A DNA stretch of 61,132 nucleotides, the filler included, from Sphacelaria rigidula (Eukaryota): assembly GCA_964200075.2 (NCBI GenBank). It is 10 parts of 10 records of this genome, joined end to end, with 100 filler letters (N's around TTAATTAATTAA, not from the genome) between each part and the next. Parts side by side here need not be neighbours in the genome. Positions count along the whole stretch, not along the records: positions 48,987 to 55,009 come from CAXNAA020022736.1; positions 55,110 to 61,132 come from CAXNAA020022737.1; 8 more parts are not named here. One strand, 5' to 3'. Under the pieces are notes generated by a model. That model was given only the letters and a program-made list of their open reading frames with translations, was not told the DNA's origin and made no database searches. A program made the position numbers and the translations under genes. Shown piece after piece: positions 49,728 to 61,063 of this stretch (positions within the stretch are counted from its first letter, which is position 1; the number at the start of each line of letters is the position of its first letter).

Positions 49728-51851
49728 CTTCACATTAAATATCTCCGCGGTACATTCGTACTGGGCATCCGATGCGGACGCCTTCCGTGGTCACAGGCTA
49801 GCAAAAAAATCGAAGAACAAACGAAGACCCGATTAAAATTCACAAAACGCGATACAAGCAAAAGAGGAATGAATAATAAAGAAAGGGAGTACATATGGCA
49901 AACCTCAGAAGATCCGGTGCAGCAGGTGGCCGTTCGGACTGCAGTGGCTCACACTAATCATCATTTCCCGATGAATTTTGAACAAACTTGAGTAAGGTCA
50001 CGCCTGACGTGCACAGCTGATGAGCAGCCATGGTTATAGCTGTGTATTTATTATTCGTGGGGTCACCAAGTTCGTCAGGGTGAGCTCTGATTGTGTTGGG
50101 CTGTGTGGTGAGCCTTTGCATATACCCCAGTCAACTCGACGCGTACGGTCCCCTTCGATGTGTCCCGAGATCCTCTCTCCGGAGAAGGGATTTCTGTGCA
50201 CCTTGAGGTTTGTTTGTTTTTTGGCGGGGGGGTGGTGTCGAAGCGACCAGTCACCGGTCCTTCTTCGGAAAGGGCATCTTTAAAAAGGCGATTGCAGTGC
50301 CGGCGCGCACTTAAGAACCTCCTTATTTGAGCGAGGCTTAGTTCTTGTTGGCTGCCCAAACCTTACCACCAGTTGTTATTTGCCAAGTTCTTATTTTGTC
50401 GTCCAGCTTTCCTCCAGAAATGGGGTTCTTGTTCTTATTCCAACACCGATTGCTCTATTATTGGCTTGCGTATCATACGACGACGTACTGTGGTGCTTTC
50501 AAAAGTGTGTTAGTCGGACCGGCGGGTCTGCTCAAACGTGCTCCGGAACTGGTTTTGGTTTGGGCGTACATTCAGGGGATCTGCCCGTCGTGGGGGTCGA
50601 AATACGCCGGCCGATGTACCCACTCAACACACGCAGCCCCCTCCCACATCCAATACCGGGATCGCCCATTGCGACGTAATCGCTAGCAAAGCAAGTCGCA
50701 CCCCAAGGAGGGAATGTGACAAGCCAGTCCTGTGTTCGGCTTGAGATATCAAAGCTGAATGTTCTCTCTCAATACAATAGCCAGCTGTCCAAGTTGGAAC
50801 AGCCCCACAGCCAGCAAACAAGTAACAATGGTGATGGAGGGTGATAGTACAGCACAGCTAAGACTCACGTCAATAAGGCTGTGGACTCGCGACACTGAAG
50901 ACAGGAGATCGGTGGGTAGCTGATGAGCAAAGCTCTTCCTTATATCCAATTAGGCCTGAAGACTGTTGTCGGGGTTTCCGAGTGGGACAGGGGGGTAGGG
51001 CAGCTGCCCATACATCCGTCTGCCCTGCTTACAATCTTGTCATAATACAAAATCACCGTGACGCGCCGTACCTTTTGGAAATCAAGGCTGTAATAGCGAT
51101 AGGTACACGCGACTAATAGGGTACAATCCTTTTGGCTTCAACCCGAGCCGAAATTATACAGGGAATCGAATCCTGCCTTACAAACACACATTCGACTAGA
51201 TTCCTACCATACCCGCTGGTCGTTTCTGGGGACCATCTGCATATCCACAAGGAAACTAGTTTTAATTCAATGCCTCAGTCATATACCATCACATCAACGG
51301 GCGAATATCTTGGGTCACGTAAACACGGGATTTCACGAATTTGGGATGGATCATTTATTGAGAATGAGAACCCGGAGAATATAAATCTTCGTATTCACAC
51401 CAAATCTTCGAAATACAGTTCCATTTTTCCACTTGCTGATAGCTCTTGACAACTACTACACGTGATACAAATTTGGATTTCGAAAACCGACATGTTGGGA
51501 TACTAGGTCAAGAAACAATTTTGGGGAATTTACGTCGGACCATTATGGAAAGCGTCGATCTTGAGGTGTTTTGAACTACGATGCGGTCCCCTAAGCACGC
51601 GAGCCTCTCACGCATTACACAGAAACTCACTTCTACAGTAGCACGGTACGCAGCACTTCCAAACAACGCACCAGGCCGCACTGTTGGATGATTTTCCAAT
51701 ATGCAACCAATGGCGATGGTGCGAGATGTCATAGATCTCTGACGGGATGGCAATGCAGCCACGTGTGGTAGTACTGCTCGTGCGCTCTAGACTACAAATC
51801 GTTCACCTGGCAAGAGTGAGGAACTGCACCAAGGGCAACGTCATGAACCCG

Positions 51852-52057
51852 TCTAATGCGCGAGAAGACCTCGTGCTTAGAGGACCGCATCGGAACTTCA
51901 ACATCCTTCTGGTAAGTGTGAGAGTTAGGGTCAGTGTTGGGGTGATGGTCAGGGGCGTGGTCCCTGCAGGGACTGACTCGATTGGGAAAACGTTGATCCT
52001 CAGGTGTTTTGAACCACGATGCGGTCTCTTGAGCCCGCGGTCCTCCCACGCATCACA
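51852..52057. mobile_element. ~200-bp MITE with TGT..ACA-type TIRs and internal telomere-like repeats; 4-bp TSD CCCG. Partial copy at ~51555-51619
   Basis: TIR consensus TGTAATGCGTGAGAGGACCGCGTGCTTAGGGGACCGCATCG; CCCG at 51848-51851 and 52058-52061. Confidence 0.8.
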
Positions 52058-52526
52058 CCCGCCGAGCATTTATATCTAAATTTCCACGCAACAAAACCAA
52101 GCGAATGCTGATACCATGCCAGCGTCAGGGAGGTCTTCTGATTGCGATGGCAAGCATTTCTACGTCGTGAATGACCCATCATGATGAGCATGACGATTGT
52201 GACGGATGACCGTGACCATGGTTATGAAGGTGGGTGTAGTTCGTTTTCGTTCCGCTATGAACTCTGAAGAAGCGCAACGGTTTTCAGCGTGAAGAGGTGC
52301 AGACGGCACTCGCTAAAAACTCGTCCTCAAAAATAAATCGGAGCGGAACGTGCACCGTAACCGGCTATTTTTCCTTCCACCCTAACTCTAAGATGAAAAA
52401 ACCGTATTCCGAAACTCTTGATTATTGCCACAGCACGGTGCAGTGGGCACATTGGGTATTTTCCCCAAGAGTTATCCGTTGAAATCGTTCTTGTGACACT
52501 GCCGCTACCACACCGGATTCACTCAC

Positions 52527-52615
52527 CTGATTTTCAACATGCCACGTTCGAACAAGAAATCGGGTAACGGGTGGTTGACGTTGTACTTCCAACCAAGCGC
52601 ACGGTTTGTTCTAGC
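52527..52615 (-). CDS. Probable HSPA12-like Hsp70 exon 4 (...PDFLFERGMLKI)
   Basis: AG|gtgagt donor; GMLKI resembles the HSPA12 GMLRMS segment; acceptor uncertain. Confidence 0.5.
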
Positions 52616-52689
52616 CTTGGTAGAAAATACCAAGTATTGTGGCACATACGCTACTGCCATTTACGCCTCAGACCCATGAGATCACCCAC

Positions 52690-52893
52690 CGTAGTTGAGT
52701 TGAAGTCTTCCACTACGACCTTGAAGGTGTCCACGTCCATCCGGACCTGGTCTAGGATGTCACCGAGCTGTAGCCGGACCGCCTCTCCTTCCTTGTGATA
52801 TATCTTCTTGTCCTCCCAATCTTGCATAAGTAACAGCATCTGGGTCGACTTATTCAGCTTGTCCCATGCTTCATTGGTACATCCTAGTATCTC
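52690..52893 (-). CDS. HSPA12-like Hsp70 exon 3 (EILGCTNEAW...LMQDWEDKK...)
   Basis: ggtag acceptor in phase 0 after FLR; donor ACG|gtgggt (position less certain). Confidence 0.75.
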
Positions 52894-53129
52894 CTACCAC
52901 GACGACATGTTGAGCAAGCGACGAGGGAGCACCAACACTAAGCCATCGACAGCACACCCAGTGATCGACTAGGTGATTCAAACTAGGAGTGCGATCGGTG
53001 CTCATGTCGACTGAGCCACTCGTGCACTGGTTTTTGTACGCAATATTCCTGGAGTAAACAACTGAGCCGCGAACAGCTTCGAACATTTCTGCATCTCGAC
53101 AGTAGTGAGGACGACCGTGAACAGCTCAC

Positions 53130-53366
53130 CCTCAAGAATGCCTTAAATTTAGCGTCCACGATGGTCGACCCCCACGGCCCGCCGGTCGGCTCTTCGACCT
53201 CCTTCAGCTCCAATGGTGAAGCTTTGATTACTTCGTGAGCAGTAATATCTATGGTCCCCCCCCCACAGTCCAAGACCATCACCTGAGTACCTTCCTCCCA
53301 GGGCTGGGCATCGTCTGCTTCGACCGAAAGACAGGCAGCTTCTGGCTCCAGACATAGAGTCAGCCT
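53130..53366 (-). CDS. HSPA12-like Hsp70 exon 2
   Basis: LCLEPEAA and VMVLDCGGGTIDIT actin-like ATPase motifs, GGPWGSTIVDAKF; tttcag acceptor, gtgagc donor; 237 nt, phase 0-0. Confidence 0.92.
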
Positions 53367-53587
53367 CTGAAAAGCAAAGTTCGGGAAGTATGGGGTGTGG
53401 CCTTCAGTCTATCAGGACGCAGATGAAGGCGGATGACATTTCACTGCAGAAACTGATAATCGCAACAGCTAGCTTACTTTCCCAGCTGTAAGCCGACAAC
53501 CCTCAGTATATCTTTCCCTTCACGATTCCGCTCCCTACCATCGGCCTCTTCTGCCGTTCCAACTCGGGAAGAGGTTCCAAACCATAC

Positions 53588-54081
53588 CTCGTGGTCGTGT
53601 TCGTATTCTGTAAGACCGCCTCTACATGCCGCCGTGCGCATAAAGATCTTGCCGAACTCACTCCAGATCGCAGGAATAGTCAGCACGAAGCGAATGTCCG
53701 AGGTGCGTAAGGTGACGTGATCAGCTTTATTAAGGCTATCCATTATTTGCGCCTTGATGTGTGCGAGCGCCAGTGACACGACGTACACCAGTGGAAGGGT
53801 GACTCGCCCATCGACGGCATCAGCCATGACATCATCCACCTTTCGCCCTCCTTGTCCCCTCCTGCCCCCACGGTACAGCTCCATTTTGAAATACTTGAAC
53901 AAGGCAAGGTGTTTGCTGCCCTCGCTGTTCATCTTGGCTTCGAGATATTCTGTTTCAGCACTATCTCCGAAGGTCTGCAGGCGCCATCCGCCTTCGTCTG
54001 TTTCGGACTTTTTCAGCAGGACAGCAGTTGCAGTCTTTCGCTCCTTGGACATGGTGGCATCGCCGAGTCGATCAGGTATAC
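53588..54081 (-). CDS. HSPA12-like Hsp70 exon 1 of the visible fragment
   Basis: KTATAVLL, FKYFKMEL, DIRFVLTIPAIW...KIFMRTAA are typical of HSPA12; GAG|gtatgg donor; acceptor approximate. Confidence 0.92.
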
Positions 54082-54232
54082 CTTCGAGATCGGGAGTTGC
54101 GAAAATGGCGTGTGAAGAGCACTGTATCTGAGCAATATGGAATAATGTACAAATGCAGACGCAATTACGACTGATAATACGACCGTCATCGCTCTCAGAA
54201 ACGCAACTTTCGAGACCAAAGCCCGTCACGAC

Positions 54233-54427
54233 TGTAATTCGTGAGATGACCGCGTGCTTAGGGGACCGCATCGTAGTTCGAAACACCTTAGGATCGGCGT
54301 TTTTCGAAAACAATCGGGCCAGTCCCTGCAGGGACCATGCCCATGAACCTAACCCCAACACTAACACTAACCCCAACCCTAAGCATTGTATTGTTCAAGC
54401 TCTGACGCGGTCCTCTCACGCATTACA
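54233..54427. mobile_element. Telomere-repeat-containing MITE
   Basis: TGTAATTCGTGAGATGACCGCG ... CGCGGTCCTCTCACGCATTACA; internal degenerate (CCCTAA)n. Confidence 0.8.
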
Positions 54428-54690
54428 AAATGTCGGGCGTAAGGTTTGATGTTGATATAGTCACAATAGCTTTGCCAAAGTGCCACTGCTGAATTGGTGT
54501 CGTTTCGAACCGATTAAAGTGTATCGTGAAAGTTGCGAGAATAGCGGAGATTATGGGGTATCGAAGGAGCTCGCTACGCTCCTTGGAAGTAATCCCTATT
54601 GCACCTGTACAGAGGCAGTCCATACAAGGTGATTTGTGATTCGTACCAAGTTTCTGCAAAACAACTCAAAATAACAATTACGAAGGGGAT

Positions 54691-54901
54691 GGTGATGCGT
54701 GAGAAGAACGCGAGCTCCGGGGATCACATCGGAAGTTATATACCCTTAGGGTTAGGGTTAGGGTTAGTGATAGTGTTGGGGGTATGGTGAGGGGCGTGGT
54801 CCCTGCAGGGACTGGTCCGACTGGTTTTGGGAACCGTCAATCCTGAGGTGTTTTGAACTGCGATGCGGTCCCCTACGCACGCGGTCCTCCCCCTCATTAC
54901 A
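54691..54901. mobile_element. Telomere-repeat-containing MITE, inverted relative to 54233-54427
   Basis: (TTAGGG)3TTAG core at ~54746-54767; same TIR and CCCTGCAGGG core. Confidence 0.8.
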
Positions 54902-55009
54902 GGGGTGGGGGAGGGGGGGGGGGGGCGTACTCATTTGTTGCTCGCCTTAGTCGTGTGACCATTGACCCCCCATCCCTTTCAAGACGGAGCACCTTTCCTA
55001 CTTTAAATA
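54902..55009 (-). mobile_element. LINE family A 3' end with G-run (contig-truncated)
   Basis: G-rich run then CGTACTCATTTGTTGCTCGCCTTAGTCG. Confidence 0.85.
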
Positions 55010-55109
55010 NNNNNNNNNNNNNNNNNNNNNNNNNNNNNNNNNNNNNNNNNNNNTTAATTAATTAANNNNNNNNNNNNNNNNNNNNNNNNNNNNNNNNNNN
55101 NNNNNNNNN

Positions 55110-55177
55110 AATCGAACCCCCCAACTCAACCATCAGAAGGTTACGGGGTTACCAACTGAGCCACCGGGGCGACCGGC
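55110..55177 (-). mobile_element. tRNA-derived SINE head
   Basis: GCCGGTCGCCCCGGTGGCTCAGTTGGTAACC...GGTTCGATT. Confidence 0.8.
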
Positions 55178-55179
55178 TA

Positions 55180-55468
55180 CTGAATCAAACGATTCTATGC
55201 CATCTTTGTTCACGTCCCGCATATCCCCCTCTAGCACGTCCCGTTTCTCCTTGTGTAGTTCATATTCCACCACGATATGAGTTCTACTCTCTATTGCTTT
55301 GCCACAGGAGCAATTCTGTGCACCACTTCCTCCTCCTCTCGACTACCGGCATATCTCCTTCTTTCTGGCAGGTCCAGGTCACCCACCCGATATCGCAGTT
55401 TCAAATTATTCGCCGCGTCCATGGAGCCATGCAGATATGTTTTCATCCCTATACCCTTCCTCAACACT
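55180..55468 (-). mobile_element. LINE family A internal fragment (C-terminal zinc-knuckle region)
   Basis: MKTYLHGSMD...LRYRVGDLDLPERR...CSCGKAIESRTHIV; colinear with ~56555-56815. Confidence 0.8.
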
Positions 55469-55507
55469 CAGGAGGGATGGGAGGGATCTTCATTTGTTGC
55501 TTTCCTT

Positions 55508-56333
55508 CAAGGGCAGGTCGACTAGGATATGTACTTTTGAATACTCGGGTTAAATACCCGGGTATTTTCTCTACCCAATGTTTGAGTAGATTGAGTCGCT
55601 CTCAATACTCCTACCCAAATTTTGGGTAGATTGGGTACGACTTCAACGACTCCGCACAACGTTTGGGGGTATTGAGCACAACTCCAAATACTCTACGCAA
55701 TATTGGATAAGCACTCTTCGCAATACCTGGGGATAGAGAATCACTTGGGTATGACCTCAATACTTTACCCAATTTTGGGGTAGATTGGGTATGATCTCAA
55801 ATACTCAGCCCAAATTCTGGGTAGATGGAGTACGACCTCAAATGCTTTACCCAATACTGGGTAAGAACTCCCAGTAATACTTGAGTAGAGTATCACTTGG
55901 GTATGACTTCAATACTAAACCCCCAAAATGGGTAGATTGAGTAGGTACGCTGTAATACTTGAGTGTAGATTATCACTCGGGCATGAGCTCCATACTCGAT
56001 TAGAAATTTGGGTAGATTGAGAATCACCTCAAATCGTTTGCCCAAATTTTTGGTAGATTGGGTACGGTCTCAAACATTCTACCCAAATTTTGGTTACGAA
56101 GACCAACTCTTGTGGAAGCGTTTATAATTTAATTTTGCAATAATTTTAAACGACATTTTTTTTCTTTGCCGTAGTTGTGTATTTTGTGCCCGTTCACCAT
56201 ATGACAAAGAAAAAAAAAACTCCTCTGAAATTGTTGCAAAATAAAATTTCAAACGCTCCCATAAGAATTGGCGCAAGAGTATGACTTTGAAAAAATACCG
56301 AGTATCGGGTACACCTTACCTGACCTGCCCTTG
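55508..56333. mobile_element. 826-bp hAT-like non-autonomous element with an internal ~40-bp tandem array, inserted in the LINE 3' end
   Basis: 12-bp TIR CAAGGGCAGGTC/GACCTGCCCTTG; flanks CTTTCCTT and CTTGCCTA each differ by one base from the LINE consensus CTTGCCTT (8-bp TSD); repeated TTGGGTAGATTGGGTA...CAAATACT. Confidence 0.8.
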
Positions 56334-58378
56334 CTTGCCTAAGTCGTTTGATCATTGACCGCCCATCCCTGTCGAGACGGAGAGACGTTCCTACTCCGAA
56401 TAGAGACACATCCAACATCTTGGCACTCATCATGTTTCCTCCATACATTACAGAACACCTTTCACATATCTGATCCCCGTCCTGTTTCGCCTTCTGTGGT
56501 TCTCTGTCTCCCAGTATGGCCATCGTTTTCTCCTTACTGTCTACTGCATCAAACGAGTTCGTGTCACCGTTCACTTTCCACATTCCCCCCTCTACCACGA
56601 CCCGTTCCTCCTTGTATGGTTCACATGCTGCCACTATATGAGTTCTACTCTCTAAAGCCTCGCCACAGGGGCAATTATGGGCTCTACTTCCTCCTCCGCT
56701 CCACTACTGCCATATCTCTTGTTTCTGGTAGGTCCAGGCCCCCCGCCGGGAATCAAAATTTCGATCGTTTCGGGCCATGCAGTCATGTTTTCATACTTAT
56801 TCCCTTTCTCAACTCGCCATACATTTTCAGGTGTTCTTCCTCGTCTACTTCCGGTCTGACCGCTTATTTTCCCCTTACTTCCATCATGCCTCCTGCTTTT
56901 ATCTTGTACCCCCCGCCTTCACCTATGGACACTATCTGGTCTTGGTTTCTCATTTCCTTCAATACTTTCTCGACTACGCGCTATCCCACCTTATTCCAAA
57001 CTGCCCTTTCGTCATTTTCTTCCATACAGCCTTATCAACTATGGCTGGCGATTTCTTTCTCTGTATGTTCTCAACGCTATGTTGTCATTTGAATTTTGTC
57101 ATGTCTCCGTTTGTTTGAGATGGGTGCATCTACAATCATGCTCTAAATACTATATTACTTGTGATTTTGAGCACTCACGTATTTCCTCAGCTGCTGTCAC
57201 CTGTACTGTTTCCAAGTTCTTCACCAACTTCGCGCCCCTTTCTCGTACTTCTCCTGCATATACCAGCCTCGGTACGATCACGCTCATCAAGATACATCTC
57301 TTCATCTTAGTATCTACAGGCGACTCTCTGAGGATCACGTCCAATCTGCCTATCTGTACCTTCCCCTTTCCCATCACTTTATTCACGTGTGCATCCCAAG
57401 AACAGTTTCCTTAGATCTCTACGCCAAGGTATGTATACTAGTCCACGATCGGCAATTCCTCTTCTCCCCACTTCCGTTTGAACTCTACCGGGCTCTTCTG
57501 ATTGTCATTACACACAAGTACCGCATACTTGTTACGCTCGCTGTTACTCTCCATTTCCTAGTGTAATTTAGCGCCTTCTCTGTTGACTTTTGCAATGCTT
57601 CTGGTGTTTCTGATATCCCCACGAAATCAGCTCCGCACATCAATCCCGATACGGTATCTTCCCTCACCTTGACCCCTTGCTTTTCTGCTTATATTGCTCT
57701 CATCACATCATTAATAAATACCTCGACTGAAGTGGGCGATACCGTACATCCTCGAGCAACTCCTTGTGAGATATCGAACTACTTCGATATTTCTCGGTCT
57801 AGCACCATAACACTTTCCGCACATTCTGTCATCTTCACCATTCTCCACATATTTCTCCTAATGCCAGTCTCCAACACCTTTTTTCACAGCCCATTTCTCC
57901 ATACTATCATATGTTTTCTGCACGCCAAGACAGAAACAGTACGTTGTCAGTCCGGGGTCTTTTCTACCTTGAATAATTTTACCAAATGTGTACACATGGT
58001 CTACGCAACTACGGTTTGGTCTCAAACATGCTTGCCCCTCGCTGGTTTATCTTCTCTCGCATCGTTCCCACTCCATCATTCAGAGTGTTACAGAGTGCTT
58101 TCCCTACGGTACTCAGTTATCTCTCCATAATTCCCTGGGTCAGCCCTGTCTCCTTTCATTGAAAAGGTTGACTACTTCTCTTTCTCTCCACCTCTTGGGT
58201 GTGTACTCGTTCTCCCATATCCAGTAACACAGCAGAATCATCATGGTGATCATTCCCTCGCCCTCCCACTTAAGAAACCCGTTCATTATTTCGTTTGCCC
58301 CTGCCGCCTTCCTAGTTACACACTCCTTTACTTCCGCTCTTGTGCACTCTTCCCGCAATTCTGTTGAGTCAAGGGGGC
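56334..58378 (-). pseudogene. Decayed non-LTR retrotransposon ORF (reverse transcriptase + CCHC), RTE-X-like, family A
   Basis: Ordered RT motifs across stops/frameshifts: KAAGANEIMNGFLK, DPGNY, EGQACLRPNRSCVDH, VQKTYD, GVARGCTVSP, LMCGADFVG (eroded [YF]ADD), YTYLG, then CPCGEALESRTHIVAAC. Confidence 0.92.
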
Positions 58379-58929
58379 TCATATGGGAAATGGCGGCACC
58401 ACCCCACCCCTCCCCCGACCTGACGTTACTCCCATGATTTGGAATCCCACCCTTCCCCTTTGATAAGTTTGATTGATTGTCGCACTTCGGCTGACCTCCC
58501 AGGGGTCCAGCCATGGTAACATGATGGACATATCCTAACAAAAAATATTGAAACACTCGCTGAAGAAAAGGAGGCGAAAAAAAAACAGAAAAGGTAAAAA
58601 AGATCAACAGAGTATACTAAGAAAAGTAAGAAAGGACAGAAGAAAGAAAAAATGGAGAATGTCCGGCCTTTGCCACATGGTGTCGGTGGAAAAGGTTTGG
58701 CCGACAGGATATGTACAATCGAACCCGCCCCGTGCCGTACAGCACGGGGGCCATCAGTCTCGAAGCCCTCTGATGCTTGAACTGGAATACGCACTCGAGC
58801 GACACGCTCTCCCTCGCCCCCTGTAGCTCTCACACTTTCGAACGACCTGCGGTACACTTGAACTGACATACTTTTCTTGACCCAAACGGACGGAGGAGCG
58901 AACAAAACACGAAATACTTTTTCTGCACT

Positions 58930-59545
58930 GACATCACTCATTTGATACCACAAACGGTAGAGTGCCTGTTCCTGTACGCGTGCCATCATATCCCCAAACA
59001 TATCCTCTGTGAAGGCATGCGCACCGTACTCCACACACATGAAACGTTTTCTTGCAGCACCTTGTTCAAGTAGCATATTTTGCACGAGTCGTCGACAGCT
59101 ATTCCGCACTGCACCGCAGTACGTTTTTTGGTCCGCGTGATTGATAACCGCAGACTTTTCTCATTTTCAGAAACACCCGCGCAGCACTTCACGTGTACCC
59201 TTTTTGTTGCCGCAAACCATCTTATCTGTACCTTGTACGGCACGACATTGCCGCCTGTTTTCAGCGGAGTAGCACGGTAATTTGTTTTAGACATGCGCTT
59301 AGATTTCATCTCTGCTGCGCATCACACTCCACGCATACGACACCCGTTTTGCCCATGTACCTCGGTTCCCCTCTGTTCCTTTTCCTAGGTACATGCGCAA
59401 CGTACTTCAGCGCTGAGTCCATTACAGTACCTTTTTTTGAACGCGTGACTTGATGTCTGCAGACTTCTTCCCGGCGGAAGCACAAGCATCACACTCCACA
59501 GATATCCCGGCCTTCATTTCTTCTCGTCGTGAGTGGCATAGTTTC
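58930..59545 (-). pseudogene. Possible relic of a Cys/His-repeat (CxECG-type) protein
   Basis: Recurring (C)VEC[DG]A-coding GTGGAGTGTGATGC/GTGGAGTACGGTGC and H-x-x-Q-K-x-Y-C-like segments in shifting frames. Confidence 0.3.
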
Positions 59546-59990
59546 AGCTGTTGGGACATTTACACAATAAAACGGGTAAGGCACAGGGGTAACAAAACAC
59601 GAAGAAGCCACGCACGCAATCGTATGCAGGCACATGAGATATCCGTCCAGATCGATACACAGAAGAAATGCAAGATTGTGCTCTGAAAGGTATACTTGAA
59701 AGTGGGAGGTTATGAGCTGGCCGCATGCTTCATTCGGAATGACCTATACGGTGGGGGTATGCCCATACTTGGGGCACATCGGAGAAGTTTTCCAAGAAGT
59801 TCCGCAAGGTGGTGCGCTGAAGTGGGCGGCACGTTGGACGTGAGGTGAAGACGTTTATTGTGCCATCGTAGTAATACACATATTTTTCATCGTCCTAGGT
59901 GTTTCTGCCGTGCTCGTCGAAATGTTCTGAGGCACGAACGACCCATGGCATTCTTGCTCGAGTAATTACTGTGTACTCCTGGCTGTATTT

Positions 59991-60239
59991 CACAGGTCGG
60001 ACGAGTCATTACTCGTCGAAACGAGTGCACTCGTGGATGTTTTTTGAAAACACAACGAGCATGACTCGTACTCGAGTCATTACTTCTTTTTACAACGAGC
60101 AATGACCCGAGTGCTCGCCCTATCATTTTTTTCCACGACGAGCAATGACTCGAGTGTTCGCTCTATTAACTTTTACGGCCAACGAGCAGCCCAACGAGTG
60201 CGAGTGCCACGAGTCACACTCGTGCTTGTCCGACGTATG
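59991..60239. mobile_element. 249-bp hAT-like MITE
   Basis: TIR CACAGGTCGGACGAG / CTTGTCCGACGTATG; 8-bp TSD CTGTATTT vs CTATATTT; internal ACGAG/CTCG motifs. Confidence 0.8.
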
Positions 60240-61063
60240 CTATATTTTGCCTTCTGCAGCAGCTATCTCTCCTGGCGGTGCGTACTTGTGTTCACGTACA
60301 AGGAACAGCGAAGTCATTCAACCATGTGTGCAATTTCCGAACCTCCCACGGGTGTGCAGGTCTTAGAAGACTTGATTTTGGCAAATGTATCTGACAAAAA
60401 ACAGCACACATCGGACAGCTCATGCGCTACCTAAAACAAGAAATCAAGGAGGACGTTCAGACCCGTTGTTCCAAAAACACGAAATACGTGACAGCGGGGT
60501 CCGAGAATCCAAATTGCTACCTTTGCACTACTCCACGTGCTGGGCGTCCAGCGCTGTGGGAAGCAAGTATGGAGAAACGGGGGCATATGAGCTTGCTCAT
60601 GATCCGGATCAGTACACTAATAGGTGATATTGGGTAGCTTGTACGCTGTCCGGCGTTTGAAAACGAGCAACGTATAAACTCTACGATTTCTATGGAATTC
60701 GTCAGTCTACAATCGTCAGCCTATAAACTTAGAGTTCCGAGAGGGCTATAGCCCGTTGGCTGCAACGCGTTTTTTCACGAAGAGAGGGACGCTGCTCGGA
60801 TGCAGCAGCGAGATTACCGGGGCCGGAGGTCAGGCGGAGACATTACTCCGAAAAAAGAAGAGCAGCAGAAAGTGTTCAGCATACCTGCTTGAGATCCTTC
60901 GCGTAGATATAGGCCATTCGTCGGCGCCAGGCACTCTGCAAGTGGACCGCAGCCTTTGCTTCCTGATGTTGACATGAGGGGAAAAAAGTGAAGGTGATGG
61001 GTCAGTTCCAGGGAAGAACAACTTGCATGCCCATCTACGCTAGCGCATTTCTTTCTCTTGTTT

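Noticed and set aside
49668..49991. Poly-Cys ORF
   Set aside because: Artefact of the (GTT)n microsatellite.
54746..54767. True telomere
   Set aside because: Only about three perfect units, internal to a TIR element and not at a contig end.
55560..56095. CRISPR-like array of ~40-bp repeats
   Set aside because: No unique spacers or cas genes; a degenerate tandem array inside a TIR/TSD-bounded element in eukaryotic DNA.
56355..57092. 245-aa + strand ORF
   Set aside because: Antisense shadow of the decayed LINE ORF on the - strand.
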